From Synechococcales cyanobacterium CRU_2_2 (lineage in GTDB: Bacteria > Cyanobacteriota > Cyanobacteriia > PCC-9006 > JAAUQQ01): DNA of 64,000 nucleotides. Location: contig JAAUOP010000004.1 in the NCBI GenBank assembly GCA_012034805.1, positions 7,843 to 71,842 on the forward strand, in the 5' to 3' direction. The translations under genes and the position numbers were made by a program. Positions 1 through 10,095 of this stretch are shown here, in pieces. The first letter of the stretch is position 1, and the number at the start of each line of letters is the position of its first letter. The notes under the pieces were generated by a model. The model saw nothing but the letters and a program-made list of their open reading frames with translations, had not been told where the DNA came from and ran no database searches.

Positions 1-405
1 TTTTCCCATCCAAAACTCAGCCAAATTATTAATCGAGCCATTTACGGCGACGTTCCCTTTCGTGAAGAAGTGCTGAGGAAGACCCACGAAGTCTCAACGA
101 GCTACTTGCATGGGCTGGTTGTGCAGGGTATTGAGCGGGGCGATCTGGATCGTCGCACTGACCCGGACCTGGCCGTATTTGCGATTCAGGCACTCAGCGA
201 TGGGATGCGAACGTTTGTTCCTCGGCAGCTTGCGCTGAAGCCCGAAACGCTCGCAGAGGGAGCCCCTCAGTCACTGGACATGGTGGCGCTGAACCAAATT
301 TACGATGATGTGATCCAGCTTTTGGAGCGGGGGCTGGGAGGGGCTACGGGGGTTGAGCGATCGCAACTTAATGACTCACTGCAAGACAACGCTACGCCCC
401 ACTAA
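1..405 (+). CDS. TetR/AcrR-family transcriptional regulator, C-terminal part (5' end lies outside window)
   Basis: Frame 1 is open from base 1 to the TAA at 403-405. The sequence is helical and looks like a C-terminal ligand domain. It sits directly upstream of an RND adaptor/permease pair, the usual TetR-efflux arrangement. Confidence 0.6.
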   Translation, partial: FSHPKLSQIINRAIYGDVPFREEVLRKTHEVSTSYLHGLVVQGIERGDLDRRTDPDLAVFAIQALSDGMRTFVPRQLALKPETLAEGAPQSLDMVALNQIYDDVIQLLERGLGGATGVERSQLNDSLQDNATPH

Positions 406-524
406 AGCTTGCTGCCCAGCCCAAGCCAGATGAAGCCTGGGCTGAGCGATGCCAAATTAATCAACAACTTGATGCACGGGTCTTTTACGAAAGAGGCCCA
501 CAGATTTCTGCGCTCTTTCTCCAG

Positions 525-2204
525 ATGCTTAGTCCCATGACTTCTCAAACCAACTCAGCCTTCTATGATTTCGGGTTAATTTCAAAGCCCCCCGACTCTG
601 GCCTTTCAAAAGCTTCCAATCGCTCTAAAACTGATGTGGAAGCAACCGTTACTGATGAGTATTCAGCAGGGGCTCCGCTGGTTGTACAAGAGTCGGAGGG
701 TGAAGGGGAATGGCGCGTGGAGGATGGCGATCGCGCAGTCCCCAGGAGTCTTTCAAGCTGGAAACAGTTCTGGTGGATCTTGCCCATTCTAGGAACGCTG
801 CTAGCCGTCGGCAGTTTGTCCTACGTTCGCATCCGCGATAAGAATGCTGAGGCTCCCGCTGTGGTGGAGGCTGCGCCCCTGACTGTGCGCACGGTGGCCG
901 CAGAACAGGGCGCGATTCAAGCCTGGGTTTCCAGTGAGGGCACGGTCCAGGCTGTGCGGTTTAAGCATTTGGCCTTTGATGTCGATGGCGATATTACCTA
1001 TGTGGCAGATAAGGAGGGGCGGACCCTGCGGGAGGGCGATCGCGTCACCCAGGGTGAACTCCTGGCCCAGGTCGATGACCGTAACCTCCAGGCCGAAGTC
1101 AACCAAGCCGAAGCCGCCGTCAATGAAGCCCGCCAACAGCGCGGCGTGGCTGCTGCCAGTGTTGCCCAAGCCCAGTCCGGGGTTGCCTCAGCAAGAGCCC
1201 AAGTGGCCCAGGCCGAAGCCCAGGTGAGCCAGGCCAATGCAGGTCGTTCCTTTGCCCTGGGTGAGCTAGACCGCTACGAGCAGCTCTACAGCCAGGGGGC
1301 GATCTCCGCCAGCGATGTGGAGAGCCGTCGCCGCAGCTCCCGCGAGACAACGGCTCAGGTGGAATCGGCCCGCAGCCAAGTCACGGCGGGCCGCGCCCAG
1401 GTGGCCAATGCCGAGGCCCAGGTGCGCTCCGCCGAAGAGCAATTGCGGGCGGTGGAATCTCAAATCTCCACGGCTCAATCGCGCTTGGAACAGGCCAAAG
1501 TTGCCTTGGAAGGGACTCGGCTCTACGCCCCGTTCGACGGCATCATCGCCTATCTCAACATTCGGGAGAACGAATACTACAGCCTGCAATCCGTCTCCTC
1601 TCAGCTCGGCAACTATCAAGAATTACTCAGCCGGGTGCCCATTGTGGTGATTGACCCCAGCGAATTTGAGGTCACTTCAGAGCTATCGGTGTCCAGTGGA
1701 GAACGGGTCAGTCCGGGCCAAACGACGCTGCTCACCGCCACTGAAGTCGGGAGCACCCAGGGGGCAAATGGCCTGGCAAATGGTCTAGCGAGTCGAGCTC
1801 AAGCTAGGGGGTCTATCTATGCCGTGAACCCAGCGGTGACGCCGGGCAACCGCTCCATTGAACTCACTTCGCGCATCACCAGCGGTGCAGAAAACCTCCA
1901 GCATGGCCAGAGTGCCACGCTGTGGATCGCCGCTGCGGAGAAGAATGATGCCGTGGTGGTGCCGCTCAATGCGGTGGTCTTTCGCGCCCAGGTGCCCTAT
2001 GCCTTTGTGGTCAATGAGGAGACCAATACCATCGAACAGCGGCGGGTCGAGCTGGGCATTGAAGGGCTTGATCAGCGAGAAATTCTCAGCGGGGTGAGGC
2101 CAGGGGAACAGCTTGTCACGGAAGGCCAGAACGGTTTGGTGGATGGAGCCGCAGTGCGGATTGCCCAGTCTGATTTTGTTTCATCGACCGCAGGAGGTCA
2201 GTAA
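525..2204 (+). CDS. efflux RND transporter periplasmic adaptor subunit (HlyD/AcrA-type membrane fusion protein)
   Basis: 559-aa ORF with an N-terminal TM anchor (FWWILPILGTLLAVGSL) and a long Q/A-rich coiled-coil hairpin. It has an LYAPFDGII motif. Only 3 nt separate it from the RND permease. Confidence 0.85.
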   Translation: MLSPMTSQTNSAFYDFGLISKPPDSGLSKASNRSKTDVEATVTDEYSAGAPLVVQESEGEGEWRVEDGDRAVPRSLSSWKQFWWILPILGTLLAVGSLSYVRIRDKNAEAPAVVEAAPLTVRTVAAEQGAIQAWVSSEGTVQAVRFKHLAFDVDGDITYVADKEGRTLREGDRVTQGELLAQVDDRNLQAEVNQAEAAVNEARQQRGVAAASVAQAQSGVASARAQVAQAEAQVSQANAGRSFALGELDRYEQLYSQGAISASDVESRRRSSRETTAQVESARSQVTAGRAQVANAEAQVRSAEEQLRAVESQISTAQSRLEQAKVALEGTRLYAPFDGIIAYLNIRENEYYSLQSVSSQLGNYQELLSRVPIVVIDPSEFEVTSELSVSSGERVSPGQTTLLTATEVGSTQGANGLANGLASRAQARGSIYAVNPAVTPGNRSIELTSRITSGAENLQHGQSATLWIAAAEKNDAVVVPLNAVVFRAQVPYAFVVNEETNTIEQRRVELGIEGLDQREILSGVRPGEQLVTEGQNGLVDGAAVRIAQSDFVSSTAGGQ

Positions 2205-2207
2205 TCC

Positions 2208-5200
2208 ATGGCGTCACCATTGCCTTCTGCCCACGAGAATGACCCCGCTCATCGTTCTGATCATGGCCCCGACCATGCTCTCGACCCCAGTCAGGCTTCT
2301 GGGCTGACTCGCTTCTTCTTCCTGCGCTCCGTCTTCGGTATTTTGCTAGCCATTCTGCTGATTGTGGGGGGGCTGCTGGGCTATGGCTCCATGATCAAAG
2401 AGTCCAACCCTGAGATTGATGTGGCGATCGCCTCGATCACCACCACCTGGGCCGGAGCCGACCCCGAAACCATCGAACAGCAGGTCACGAACGAACTCGA
2501 AAAAGAAATCAAGTCCGTGGAAGGGCTCAAAAACCTAGACAGCGCCTCCTTCAGCGGCTTCTCCTTAATTAGCGCTGAGTTTCGCACCGATGCCGACGTA
2601 GACCAGTCGATTCAAAAGCTGCGCGATGCGGTGGCGCGGGCGGAGTCCAAACTGCCCCGCGATGCCGATGATCCTTCAGTGCAACAGGTCTCGGTTAGCG
2701 ATGCGCCGATTTTGACCGTGGCGCTGTTTGGCGACCTCGATCCGGTGGTGCTGAGCCAGGCAGCGCAGAAAATCCAGGACCGCTTGGAAAACGTGACGGG
2801 CGTGACTGAGGTGACTTTGGGGGGCGATCGCGAGGAGGTCGTCCAAATCCAGCTCGACCCCAATCAGCTCACCGCCCTGGGCATCTCCCCCGCCACTGTG
2901 GCCAACCGCATTAGCGCCGCCAATAAAGATGCTCCCCTCGATGAAATCAAAAGCGACACCATCGGCACCCAAGTGCGCTTCTTTGGTCGATTTCGGGAGC
3001 TAGAAGCGCTGCGCCGCTTGCCGATTACGCGCCTCGACGGGCGAGTCATTCGCCTCGAAGAAATTGCCCAGGTTCGCCAAGAGCTAGAGCCCGAAAACAG
3101 CCGCGCTGCCATTAGCGTCGAGGGTGCTCCCTATGAATCCGTCGTCAGCATCTCGGTCAAGAAGGTGCCCGGTCAAGACACGATCCAAGTGATTGAGAGC
3201 GTCTTAGCCGAGGTGGAGTTGGTCCAGCAAGATCCCAATCTCTGGCCCCCTGGCCTCAACTATCGCGTCACTGCTGACGACTCCGAGTTGATTTGGGAGC
3301 AGCTCGGCAACCTGTTTACCAATGCCCTCCAGGCCATGGTGGCGGTGTTCATCATTTTGTTCATGGCGCTGTCCTGGCGAGAAGCGCTGATTGCCGGTCT
3401 GTCGATTCCCCTGACTTTTCTGGGGGCCGTGGCGGTGCTCTGGCTCACGGGCCAAACCCTGAACAACATGGTGCTGATTGGCATGGTGCTGGCCCTGGGC
3501 ATCTTGGTGGATGTGTTCATTTTGATGATGGAGGGGATGCACGAAGCGATTTTCGTCGAGGAATTGAGCTTTGACCAAGCGGCCCTGAAAACTGTCAAGA
3601 CCTATGCCGGTCCTGCTTTTGCTGGGCAGCTCACCACGATTTTGGCCATGACGCCCTTGATGGCGATCGGCGGCACCATGGGCAAGTTCATTCGGCTGTT
3701 GCCCATCACCGCCATTATTTGTTTGCTGCTCAGCTTTGCCATTGCCCTATTGATCGATATCCCCCTGTCTCGCTTTTTGCTCGCCAATGTCAAACAGCAG
3801 CAAAAATCCCGCATTGACCGCCTCAGCGAAACCGCCTCCAAACGCTTCGCTCGCTGGAGCCTGAGCTACACCGTGCGCAGTAAAGCCACGGCCAGGGCTT
3901 GGAGTCTGGGAGCGCTAATGCTGTTCCTCGTTTCCATCGTTGCCTTTAGCCAAACGCCGGTGACGTTCTTTCCCGAAGAGGACAGCCGCAAAGTGGGCAT
4001 CAACGTGGAGCTGGCCCCCACCACCACCCTGGCCGTGACCCAGGCCGTGGCCGATGACCTGGGCGAAGTGCTGCGGGGCAAAGACTACATCGAGAGCGTG
4101 ATCAAATACGCGGGCCAGAGCAGCGATTTGGTCAGTTCTGGCAGCCTCCAGCCCAGCTCCGGCAGCTATTTGATGGGCTTTTCCGCCATTCTGCTGCCGG
4201 AGGAGGAGCGCGACCAAATCTCCTTTGAATATCTCGAAGAACTCCGCACTGATCTGGGCGCAGCCCTAGCGAGCTATCCCGGTGCCTCCCTGGTGGTGAG
4301 TGCGCCCAGCTCCACCGGAGCCGGTGATCCCATCCAAATTGAAGTGACCGGCGGCGACATCACCGAGCTGCGCCAAGTCTCGGCCCAGGTGCAGGATCTC
4401 CTGCGCCAGGTCTCGGGCACCAGCGATGTGCGGGATAACCTGGGCAATCTCCAGGCCGATTTGAAGTTGCTGCCCCAACGGGAAGCCTTGGATTTTTATG
4501 GCCTCACCGAAGATGATGTGACCACCCAAGCCCGCTACTACATGAGTGCCACCCAGGTGGGAGACTTTATCCGGGGTGGCAATCAAGACGATATCGAGAT
4601 TCGCCTCAGCACCGCTTGGCCCTCGCGCAATGGCGAGGTGGGTGGACCGACTCGGCGGGATGAACTGTCGCTGATTCGCTTCTTCGGCTCCAATACCGCA
4701 GACCCGGTGATTCCAGCGGGGGCCGTGGTCAACACCGTCCAGGGGCAAACGCCGCTGTCCATTACCCATCGCGATGGCCAGCGCACCGTCGCCGTGCTGT
4801 CTAAAACCGCAGGCCGCACCGTGGGGGAAATCCTGGCCGAAGTGGAGCCCAAGCTGGCCGAGCTGAGCCAGACCTGGCCTGCGGGCTACAACTACAGCTT
4901 TGCAGGTGAAGCCGAAGAACAGGCGGAAACCTTTGGCTCTGCGGGGCAGGCCCTGGGCCTGGCGGTGTTTATGGTTTTTGCCGTCTTGGTGCTACAACTC
5001 AATTCCTTCCGCCAGCCGTTCATCATTTTGTTGACGATTCCCCTGGCCCTGATTGGCACCTTTGGCGGATTTTTCTTGGCCTGGATTCCCTTTTCCTTCT
5101 CGGCCTTCATCGGCGTGATTGCCCTGGTGGGAATTGTGGTCAATGACGCGATCGTCATGGTGGACACGATGAACAGCTATCAACAAGCGGGGATGACCGT

Positions 5201-5429
5201 GCGCCGCGCCGCCGCCAATGGGGTCGCAGACCGCTTGAGGCCGATTTTGACCACCAGTATCACGACGATCATTGGCTTGATTCCGCTGGCCTTGAGTGCG
5301 CCGACTTGGATGCCCCTCTGTAGTGCGATTATCTTTGGCTTGATCGCCGCCACGGGCACTGCCCTGATTGTGATTCCCTGTTTGTATCTACAGTTCACGC
5401 CGAAGACTGACCCGGCGAAATTGGCCTAG
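2208..5429 (+). CDS. efflux RND transporter permease subunit (AcrB/AcrD/AcrF family)
   Basis: 1073-aa ORF with two large periplasmic loops and two blocks of TM helices. Conserved segments include VLALGILVDVFILMMEG and GIVVNDAIVMVD. Confidence 0.9.
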   Translation: MASPLPSAHENDPAHRSDHGPDHALDPSQASGLTRFFFLRSVFGILLAILLIVGGLLGYGSMIKESNPEIDVAIASITTTWAGADPETIEQQVTNELEKEIKSVEGLKNLDSASFSGFSLISAEFRTDADVDQSIQKLRDAVARAESKLPRDADDPSVQQVSVSDAPILTVALFGDLDPVVLSQAAQKIQDRLENVTGVTEVTLGGDREEVVQIQLDPNQLTALGISPATVANRISAANKDAPLDEIKSDTIGTQVRFFGRFRELEALRRLPITRLDGRVIRLEEIAQVRQELEPENSRAAISVEGAPYESVVSISVKKVPGQDTIQVIESVLAEVELVQQDPNLWPPGLNYRVTADDSELIWEQLGNLFTNALQAMVAVFIILFMALSWREALIAGLSIPLTFLGAVAVLWLTGQTLNNMVLIGMVLALGILVDVFILMMEGMHEAIFVEELSFDQAALKTVKTYAGPAFAGQLTTILAMTPLMAIGGTMGKFIRLLPITAIICLLLSFAIALLIDIPLSRFLLANVKQQQKSRIDRLSETASKRFARWSLSYTVRSKATARAWSLGALMLFLVSIVAFSQTPVTFFPEEDSRKVGINVELAPTTTLAVTQAVADDLGEVLRGKDYIESVIKYAGQSSDLVSSGSLQPSSGSYLMGFSAILLPEEERDQISFEYLEELRTDLGAALASYPGASLVVSAPSSTGAGDPIQIEVTGGDITELRQVSAQVQDLLRQVSGTSDVRDNLGNLQADLKLLPQREALDFYGLTEDDVTTQARYYMSATQVGDFIRGGNQDDIEIRLSTAWPSRNGEVGGPTRRDELSLIRFFGSNTADPVIPAGAVVNTVQGQTPLSITHRDGQRTVAVLSKTAGRTVGEILAEVEPKLAELSQTWPAGYNYSFAGEAEEQAETFGSAGQALGLAVFMVFAVLVLQLNSFRQPFIILLTIPLALIGTFGGFFLAWIPFSFSAFIGVIALVGIVVNDAIVMVDTMNSYQQAGMTVRRAAANGVADRLRPILTTSITTIIGLIPLALSAPTWMPLCSAIIFGLIAATGTALIVIPCLYLQFTPKTDPAKLA

Positions 5430-5546
5430 TCTTGTTGGGGTGTAGCTGTGCTATTTCCCTGGGTATGTCCTGCAATGTTGGGTGCGATCGCCCGCCGTTG
5501 TGCCTCACGGTCAGAGAATTGAGTCCCAGTATCAGAGAATCAACTT

Positions 5547-5951
5547 ATGAAATCCATTGCGACGTTCTTCATGTTTGTGGGGGAGCAGGCCGGAAAAGCT
5601 GAGGAAGCGATGACGTTCTATACATCGCTGTTTAGCAACTCAAAAATCGTCAGCATTGAGCGATATGGCGCGGGTGAGCATGAACCAGAGGGGACGGTCA
5701 AAGTTGCAAAATTTACGCTCAATGGTGTGGAGCATCGGGCGATCGATAGCCATTTAGAACATCAATTCACGTTCACGCCTGCAATATCACTGTTTGTAGA
5801 ATGCGAATCAATGGAAGAACTTAAAGCAGTACACCAAGCTCTGACCGATCAAGGCTCAGAACTGATGCCCCTAGATGATTACGGCTTTAGCAAACAGTTC
5901 AGTTGGGTCAGCGATCGCTATGGGGTTTCTTGGCAACTCAATCTTGGCTGA
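5547..5951 (+). CDS. VOC (glyoxalase-fold) family protein, PhnB/YjdN-like
   Basis: 134 aa. N-terminal ATFFMFVG..AEEAMTFYTSLF and C-terminal DRYGVSWQLN are typical of the 3-demethylubiquinone-9 3-methyltransferase-domain VOC proteins. Confidence 0.75.
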   Translation: MKSIATFFMFVGEQAGKAEEAMTFYTSLFSNSKIVSIERYGAGEHEPEGTVKVAKFTLNGVEHRAIDSHLEHQFTFTPAISLFVECESMEELKAVHQALTDQGSELMPLDDYGFSKQFSWVSDRYGVSWQLNLG

Positions 5952-6075
5952 TAGCTCCAGCGCCGAAGGCGATCCTCGAAAAGAAGCAAGCTAATCTGAC
6001 AGCTAGAATTTTATCTGCCAGCTTTACTCGTTCGCTCGTACTTTGTCTGAAGAGTTTCTATTTCGTGGGCTGTAA

Positions 6076-6369
6076 TTACAGGCACACCTAATAATTACGG
6101 CCCAGTTTCTCCAGAATCGATGCCATGGACCAGAACGCCCCCAAGTCCTTCGCGTGAACAGTGTCGGCGACAACAGCATCACCCTTCATCTTTGGATTCA
6201 AACCGAACCCCTTCAGCAAATGAACGTGGCCCGCGAATTTTGTCGTCGCATCAAGATGGCTTTTGACAAAGCCCAGATCTCCATGCCCTTTCCCCAGCGA
6301 TCCATCTGGTTTGAGAATGCGATGACAATGCAGTCTGCTCAAGCGTCTGCGAAAGGAAGTCAGATGTAG
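6076..6369 (+). pseudogene. remnant of a mechanosensitive (MscS-family) channel gene, C-terminal cytoplasmic domain only
   Basis: The frame is open only over 6076-6369. ITLHLWIQTEP..VAREFCRRIKMAFDKAQISMPFPQRSIWFEN matches the MscS C-terminal beta domain. No TM/pore region lies upstream. Confidence 0.55.
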
Positions 6370-6445
6370 AAACGACGGCATCTCCCCCTAAAAGATACAT
6401 AAAGCAACCTTCACTTGTGCAAACCAAACTTCTATTGCTATGATG

Positions 6446-6475
6446 TGACCAATCAGTCATATGACCAGTCGGTCA
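6446..6475. promoter_or_regulatory. two adjacent 14-bp palindromes, operator-like
   Basis: TGACCAATCAGTCA (6446-6459) and TGACCAGTCGGTCA (6462-6475) lie 16 bp centre to centre, upstream of the Coq4-like ORFs. Confidence 0.4.
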
Positions 6476-6516
6476 CAAATAAAAGACTAATTTCCATCAT
6501 CTCTAAGAAACGGGTC

Positions 6517-6678
6517 ATGATCACCTTCAATCGCAGTATTAAAGCCTTCCGCGACTACCTCGTTCAGGGCGAAGTCGGTGACCTCGCCCTGATCAAAATC
6601 CAGCTCCTCGGCCTGCGCCCCACGCCAGCAACCGCTGCCCAGCTAGTGCCCTTCATCGACCAGTTCCCCCGAGATTGA
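6517..6678 (+). pseudogene. duplicated 5' fragment of the downstream Coq4-like gene
   Basis: From ATG 6517, IKAFRDYLVQGEVGDLALIKIQLLGLRPTPATAAQL parallels LKSFTDYLYKGEVGDVGYFETTLYGLGLRPEVATQL of the next gene. After the stop, the next frame still reads DLDQLSQLP, matching DLDQLKQLP. Confidence 0.55.
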
Positions 6679-6735
6679 CCTGGACCAGCTCAGTCAGCTC
6701 CCCCCTTCAGCCCAAATCCAACTCAGGACACAACC

Positions 6736-7410
6736 ATGACAACACTTAAGCGCTACCTCAAATCCTTCACGGACTACCTCTACAAGGGTGAAGTCGGCGA
6801 CGTTGGCTACTTCGAGACGACGCTTTACGGCCTGGGCCTCCGCCCCGAAGTCGCGACCCAGCTCAAAACCGTCAGTCCCTACGTGATGCCGGATCTCGAC
6901 CAGCTCAAGCAGCTACCCCAGGGCACGTTGGGCTATGAATATGCCCAGTACATGGATCGGTATGGCCTTCAAGTCGCCAAGATTAGCGATGACCTGCTCG
7001 AAGAGGCGAAGCAACAGCCCTTTGCCCTGCGCTATATCCTCATCCATGATCTGTTTCATACGCTGCTGGGCTTTGATACGAGCTATGCCGGAGAGCTGGG
7101 CGTTCAGGGCTTTATCACGGGCCAAAACTACAGCCGTGCTTTGCATCTCACCGGCCCCTTGGTGCAGTTGATCACAATGCTAATCAGACCGCTACAAGCC
7201 CGAGCCATCAGCCGTAACTTCCGCCAAGGTAAAGCCCTGGGTCAACAAGCCCACTGTGTCTTGACCTTCCCCTTTGAGCAAAATTGGGCCAGGCCGATTC
7301 AAGCCATTCGCAAGGAGCTGAACCTACCGCAGGTGAGCCATTCTCTCTCGTCGCAGCCTGCCGTGCCTTCGCTGAAGACGGTGGGTTGGAAAGGAGAAGC
7401 CAGTGCCTAG
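6736..7410 (+). CDS. Coq4-family protein
   Basis: 224 aa. IHDLFHTLLGFDTSYAGE fits the Coq4 HDxxH-x11-E metal motif. Confidence 0.7.
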   Translation: MTTLKRYLKSFTDYLYKGEVGDVGYFETTLYGLGLRPEVATQLKTVSPYVMPDLDQLKQLPQGTLGYEYAQYMDRYGLQVAKISDDLLEEAKQQPFALRYILIHDLFHTLLGFDTSYAGELGVQGFITGQNYSRALHLTGPLVQLITMLIRPLQARAISRNFRQGKALGQQAHCVLTFPFEQNWARPIQAIRKELNLPQVSHSLSSQPAVPSLKTVGWKGEASA

Positions 7411-7518
7411 GACCAGCGGCAGCATCTGAACAAAAAAACAACCGCTTTTAGTTTTTTCGCCGTAGGAACGATCGCGATCGCTTGCACAGCTTCACTTGCA
7501 CCATTTCCCCCTCTTCTT

Positions 7519-8978
7519 ATGAGTTCGCAATTTCCGCCGCTGCCCGATCAGACGCCATCGTCTATGGAGCCCCCTGGCCAGTCCATAGCGGCGCAGGATT
7601 CCATCGACCATCCCGATTCGCCGCAGCGCAGACGATGGCTGCCCAATGGGATCTCCAGTAAGCTCCTGCCGCTATTTTTGCTCAGTCTGCTCTTAGGCGG
7701 TGGCTATCTGCTCTATCAGCGGTTTGTCATTGCCCCACAGCAAGCGGCCACGGCCCAGACCAAAACCGCCAGTCCAGAAACTGTGACGATTCCCATTACG
7801 GTCACCGCAAACGGGACAGTGCAACCGGAAGCCCAAACGAATGTGAGCCCTAAAAATTCTGGGCGCTTACAGGAGGTGACCGTCGAAGAAGGGGACACTG
7901 TTCAAGCAGGCCAGGTCTTGGCCTACATGGATGACTCGGACTTAAAAGGGCAGCTCATTCAGGCCCAGGGTCAGGTGGAAGCGGCCCAGGCCAATGTCGA
8001 TCAGCTCGTGGCAGGCAACCTACCTCAGCAAATTGGTGAAGCTGAGGCGACATTAGCGAGCGCCAGGGCCCAGCTCACCCAGGCCACTGGAGACCTTGCT
8101 CGCTATCAAAATCTGTATAACGAAGGGGCGATCGCGGCGATTGATCTCAGCACCTTTCAAACGGCTCAAGACACAGCCCAGGCGGCTGTTGACAATGCTC
8201 AGAAAGGGCTAGAGCTGGTGCAAATTGGCAGCCGACCGGAGGCGATCGCCCAGGCCAGAGGCCAACTCTTACAGTCCCAGGGAATCTTGACCGCTGCACA
8301 AACGCAGATTGAGAATACGATCATCCGCGCTCCATTTACGGTACGGTCACAGCTCGATATGCCGAACCGGGTGATTTTGTTGCGCCTACAACTGCTGCTA
8401 GCGCCACCTCTTCATCCTCTTCTTCTTCCATTTTGTCTCTGGCCTCCAATTACCAGGTGGTGGCCAATGTCGCCGAAACAGATATTGCCAAAATCAAAGT
8501 TGGACAGCTGGTGAGCGTCAGGGCAGATGCCTATCCCACTGAACGGTTTGACGGCAGTGTTGCCCAAATTGCTGAGCAGGCGACGGTGACTTCCAATGTG
8601 ACCAGCTTTGAGGTCCGGGTTAATTTACCCGCTGCGGCTCAAGAACAGCTCAAGCCGGGCATGAACACCAACGCCATCTTTCAAGCTGGCGAGCTAACCA
8701 ACGTCATGGTGGTGCCCACCGTTGCCATTGTGCGGCAAACCCAAGGTGAGGGGGTTCTGGTTTTGGATGCAGATAATCAGCCTCAGTTTCAGCCGGTGGA
8801 AACCGGGCTCAGCGTGGATGACAAAACCCAGATTGTCTCCGGGTTGAGAGATGGAGACCAGGTTGTTCTTAGTGCTGCCCAGGGCCTGCCTGAAAACGTT
8901 CGAAGTATCGGACCGGGGCGTGGCGGTCGCGAGTCTGACCGGGGAGGCGATCGCAGCCGGGGAGGTAACGGTGGTTAA
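7519..8978 (+). pseudogene. efflux adaptor subunit (MacA/DevB/HlyD type), interrupted by a 1-nt frameshift near 8338
   Basis: ORF 7519-8514 reads ..NTIIRAPF, then goes out of frame. The next frame continues GTVTARYAEPGDFVAPTTAAS..SILSLASNYQVVANVAETDIAKIKVGQ (ORF 8433-8978). Reading ccatttacgg as ccatttGacgg would restore PFDGTV. Confidence 0.8.
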
Positions 8979-9001
8979 CAACAGCTTACCGGCGCTGTCC
9001 A

Positions 9002-10084
9002 TTGCAGAAGTGGTGTCAATATTACTACCGCGCTCGCTATTACGATGCAGCAGTTGGTGAATTCATCAATGAAGACACCATTGGATTTGCGGGTGGGGAT
9101 GCCAATCTCAACCGGTATGTTGGGAATTCGCCAACTAATTATGTTGATCCATCCGGCAATATCTCCATACCTTTCACAGGAGGAGGAGCTGCCGCAGGAG
9201 GGGCTTCTGGCGGCGGCGCCGCAGGAGGAGGTTTTTGGGCGGGAGCTGCGAAAGCAGCAGGGGCAGTAGCATCGCTCCCTTGGAAAGCTGCTACTGCTAT
9301 AGGGGGTGCAGCAGTGGTTGCCTTCGACTCGATCATGCCAGATAGGCAGATAACTAGTGGCTATGCTGAAGCTCAGGCCATAGCAAAAGCAGAAGCAGCA
9401 AAAAGGGCTGCCGCTGCTGCCGCCGCTGCCGCTGCTGCTTCTTCATCAGCTACTCCTAGCTCCAGTAGTCGCCCTGTACAAGCACCTCCCATCAATCCCA
9501 CGACAGTGGCATCCCCTCCACTCCCCCCCCTAGGAGGATTTGACCTCTTACCTCCCCCTACAGTCGGAGACCTAACTGAAACCTTCCCCAATAGCAGTGA
9601 TTGGATCAGTGACTGGCTTGATAGGCTGAATGAGGGGGATAGTATTTTTGGAAAAGACTGGGATTTCCTTGAAACCATTTTGGATGGGCCAGGGATCAAC
9701 GATAGTCCTGGGGAAGTTCCTTTCTTTACTAGCGATAATGAGCCATTCTCTCATCTTTCTAGAGGGCCAATTGAAAGATCTGATCTTAATATTGGTGACC
9801 TGATGAGAGCCGGAAATCAGCCTTACGGAAAGGACGGTCTTACAGAAGCAGGCCGCGCTTGGGACAAGCATGCAAATGGGCAAAGAGGAGACTCTCCCTT
9901 CCCTCCTCTATCAGGCAATAATCAGCATAAAAATAGAGTAGCGAATCAGCAACTATCTGAGATTCTCAATAGCCCAGACGCATCATTTTCAAAACTTGGC
10001 AGAGGTGGCATAGAAGCCAAATTGCCTGATGGTCGTGCTGTACGCTTTAATAGTGATGGTTCATTTAGTGGATTTATTGACTAG
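9002..10084 (+). CDS. orphan RHS repeat-associated core end plus C-terminal polymorphic-toxin domain
   Basis: The ORF begins inside the conserved RHS core end: YYYRARYYDAAVGEFINEDTIGFAGGDANLNRYVGNSPTNYVDPSGN. Gly/Ala-rich, poly-Ala and Pro-rich linkers follow, then an AT-richer C-terminal domain of about 130 aa. There are no YD repeats upstream; the frame is closed at 8966. Confidence 0.75.
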   Translation: MQKWCQYYYRARYYDAAVGEFINEDTIGFAGGDANLNRYVGNSPTNYVDPSGNISIPFTGGGAAAGGASGGGAAGGGFWAGAAKAAGAVASLPWKAATAIGGAAVVAFDSIMPDRQITSGYAEAQAIAKAEAAKRAAAAAAAAAAASSSATPSSSSRPVQAPPINPTTVASPPLPPLGGFDLLPPPTVGDLTETFPNSSDWISDWLDRLNEGDSIFGKDWDFLETILDGPGINDSPGEVPFFTSDNEPFSHLSRGPIERSDLNIGDLMRAGNQPYGKDGLTEAGRAWDKHANGQRGDSPFPPLSGNNQHKNRVANQQLSEILNSPDASFSKLGRGGIEAKLPDGRAVRFNSDGSFSGFID

Positions 10085-10095
10085 GAGTCCAATCA

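Noticed and set aside
563-5398. Many antisense and alternative-frame ORFs inside the RND adaptor and permease genes (for example 801-1169, 1266-1619, 3204-3578, 4266-4769)
   Set aside because: These are shadow ORFs typical of GC-rich coding DNA. They are fully nested in strongly supported genes and have Arg/Gly/Pro-rich, implausible translations. The same applies to nested ORFs in the MCP, CheA, GldG, ABC, GGDEF and other genes.
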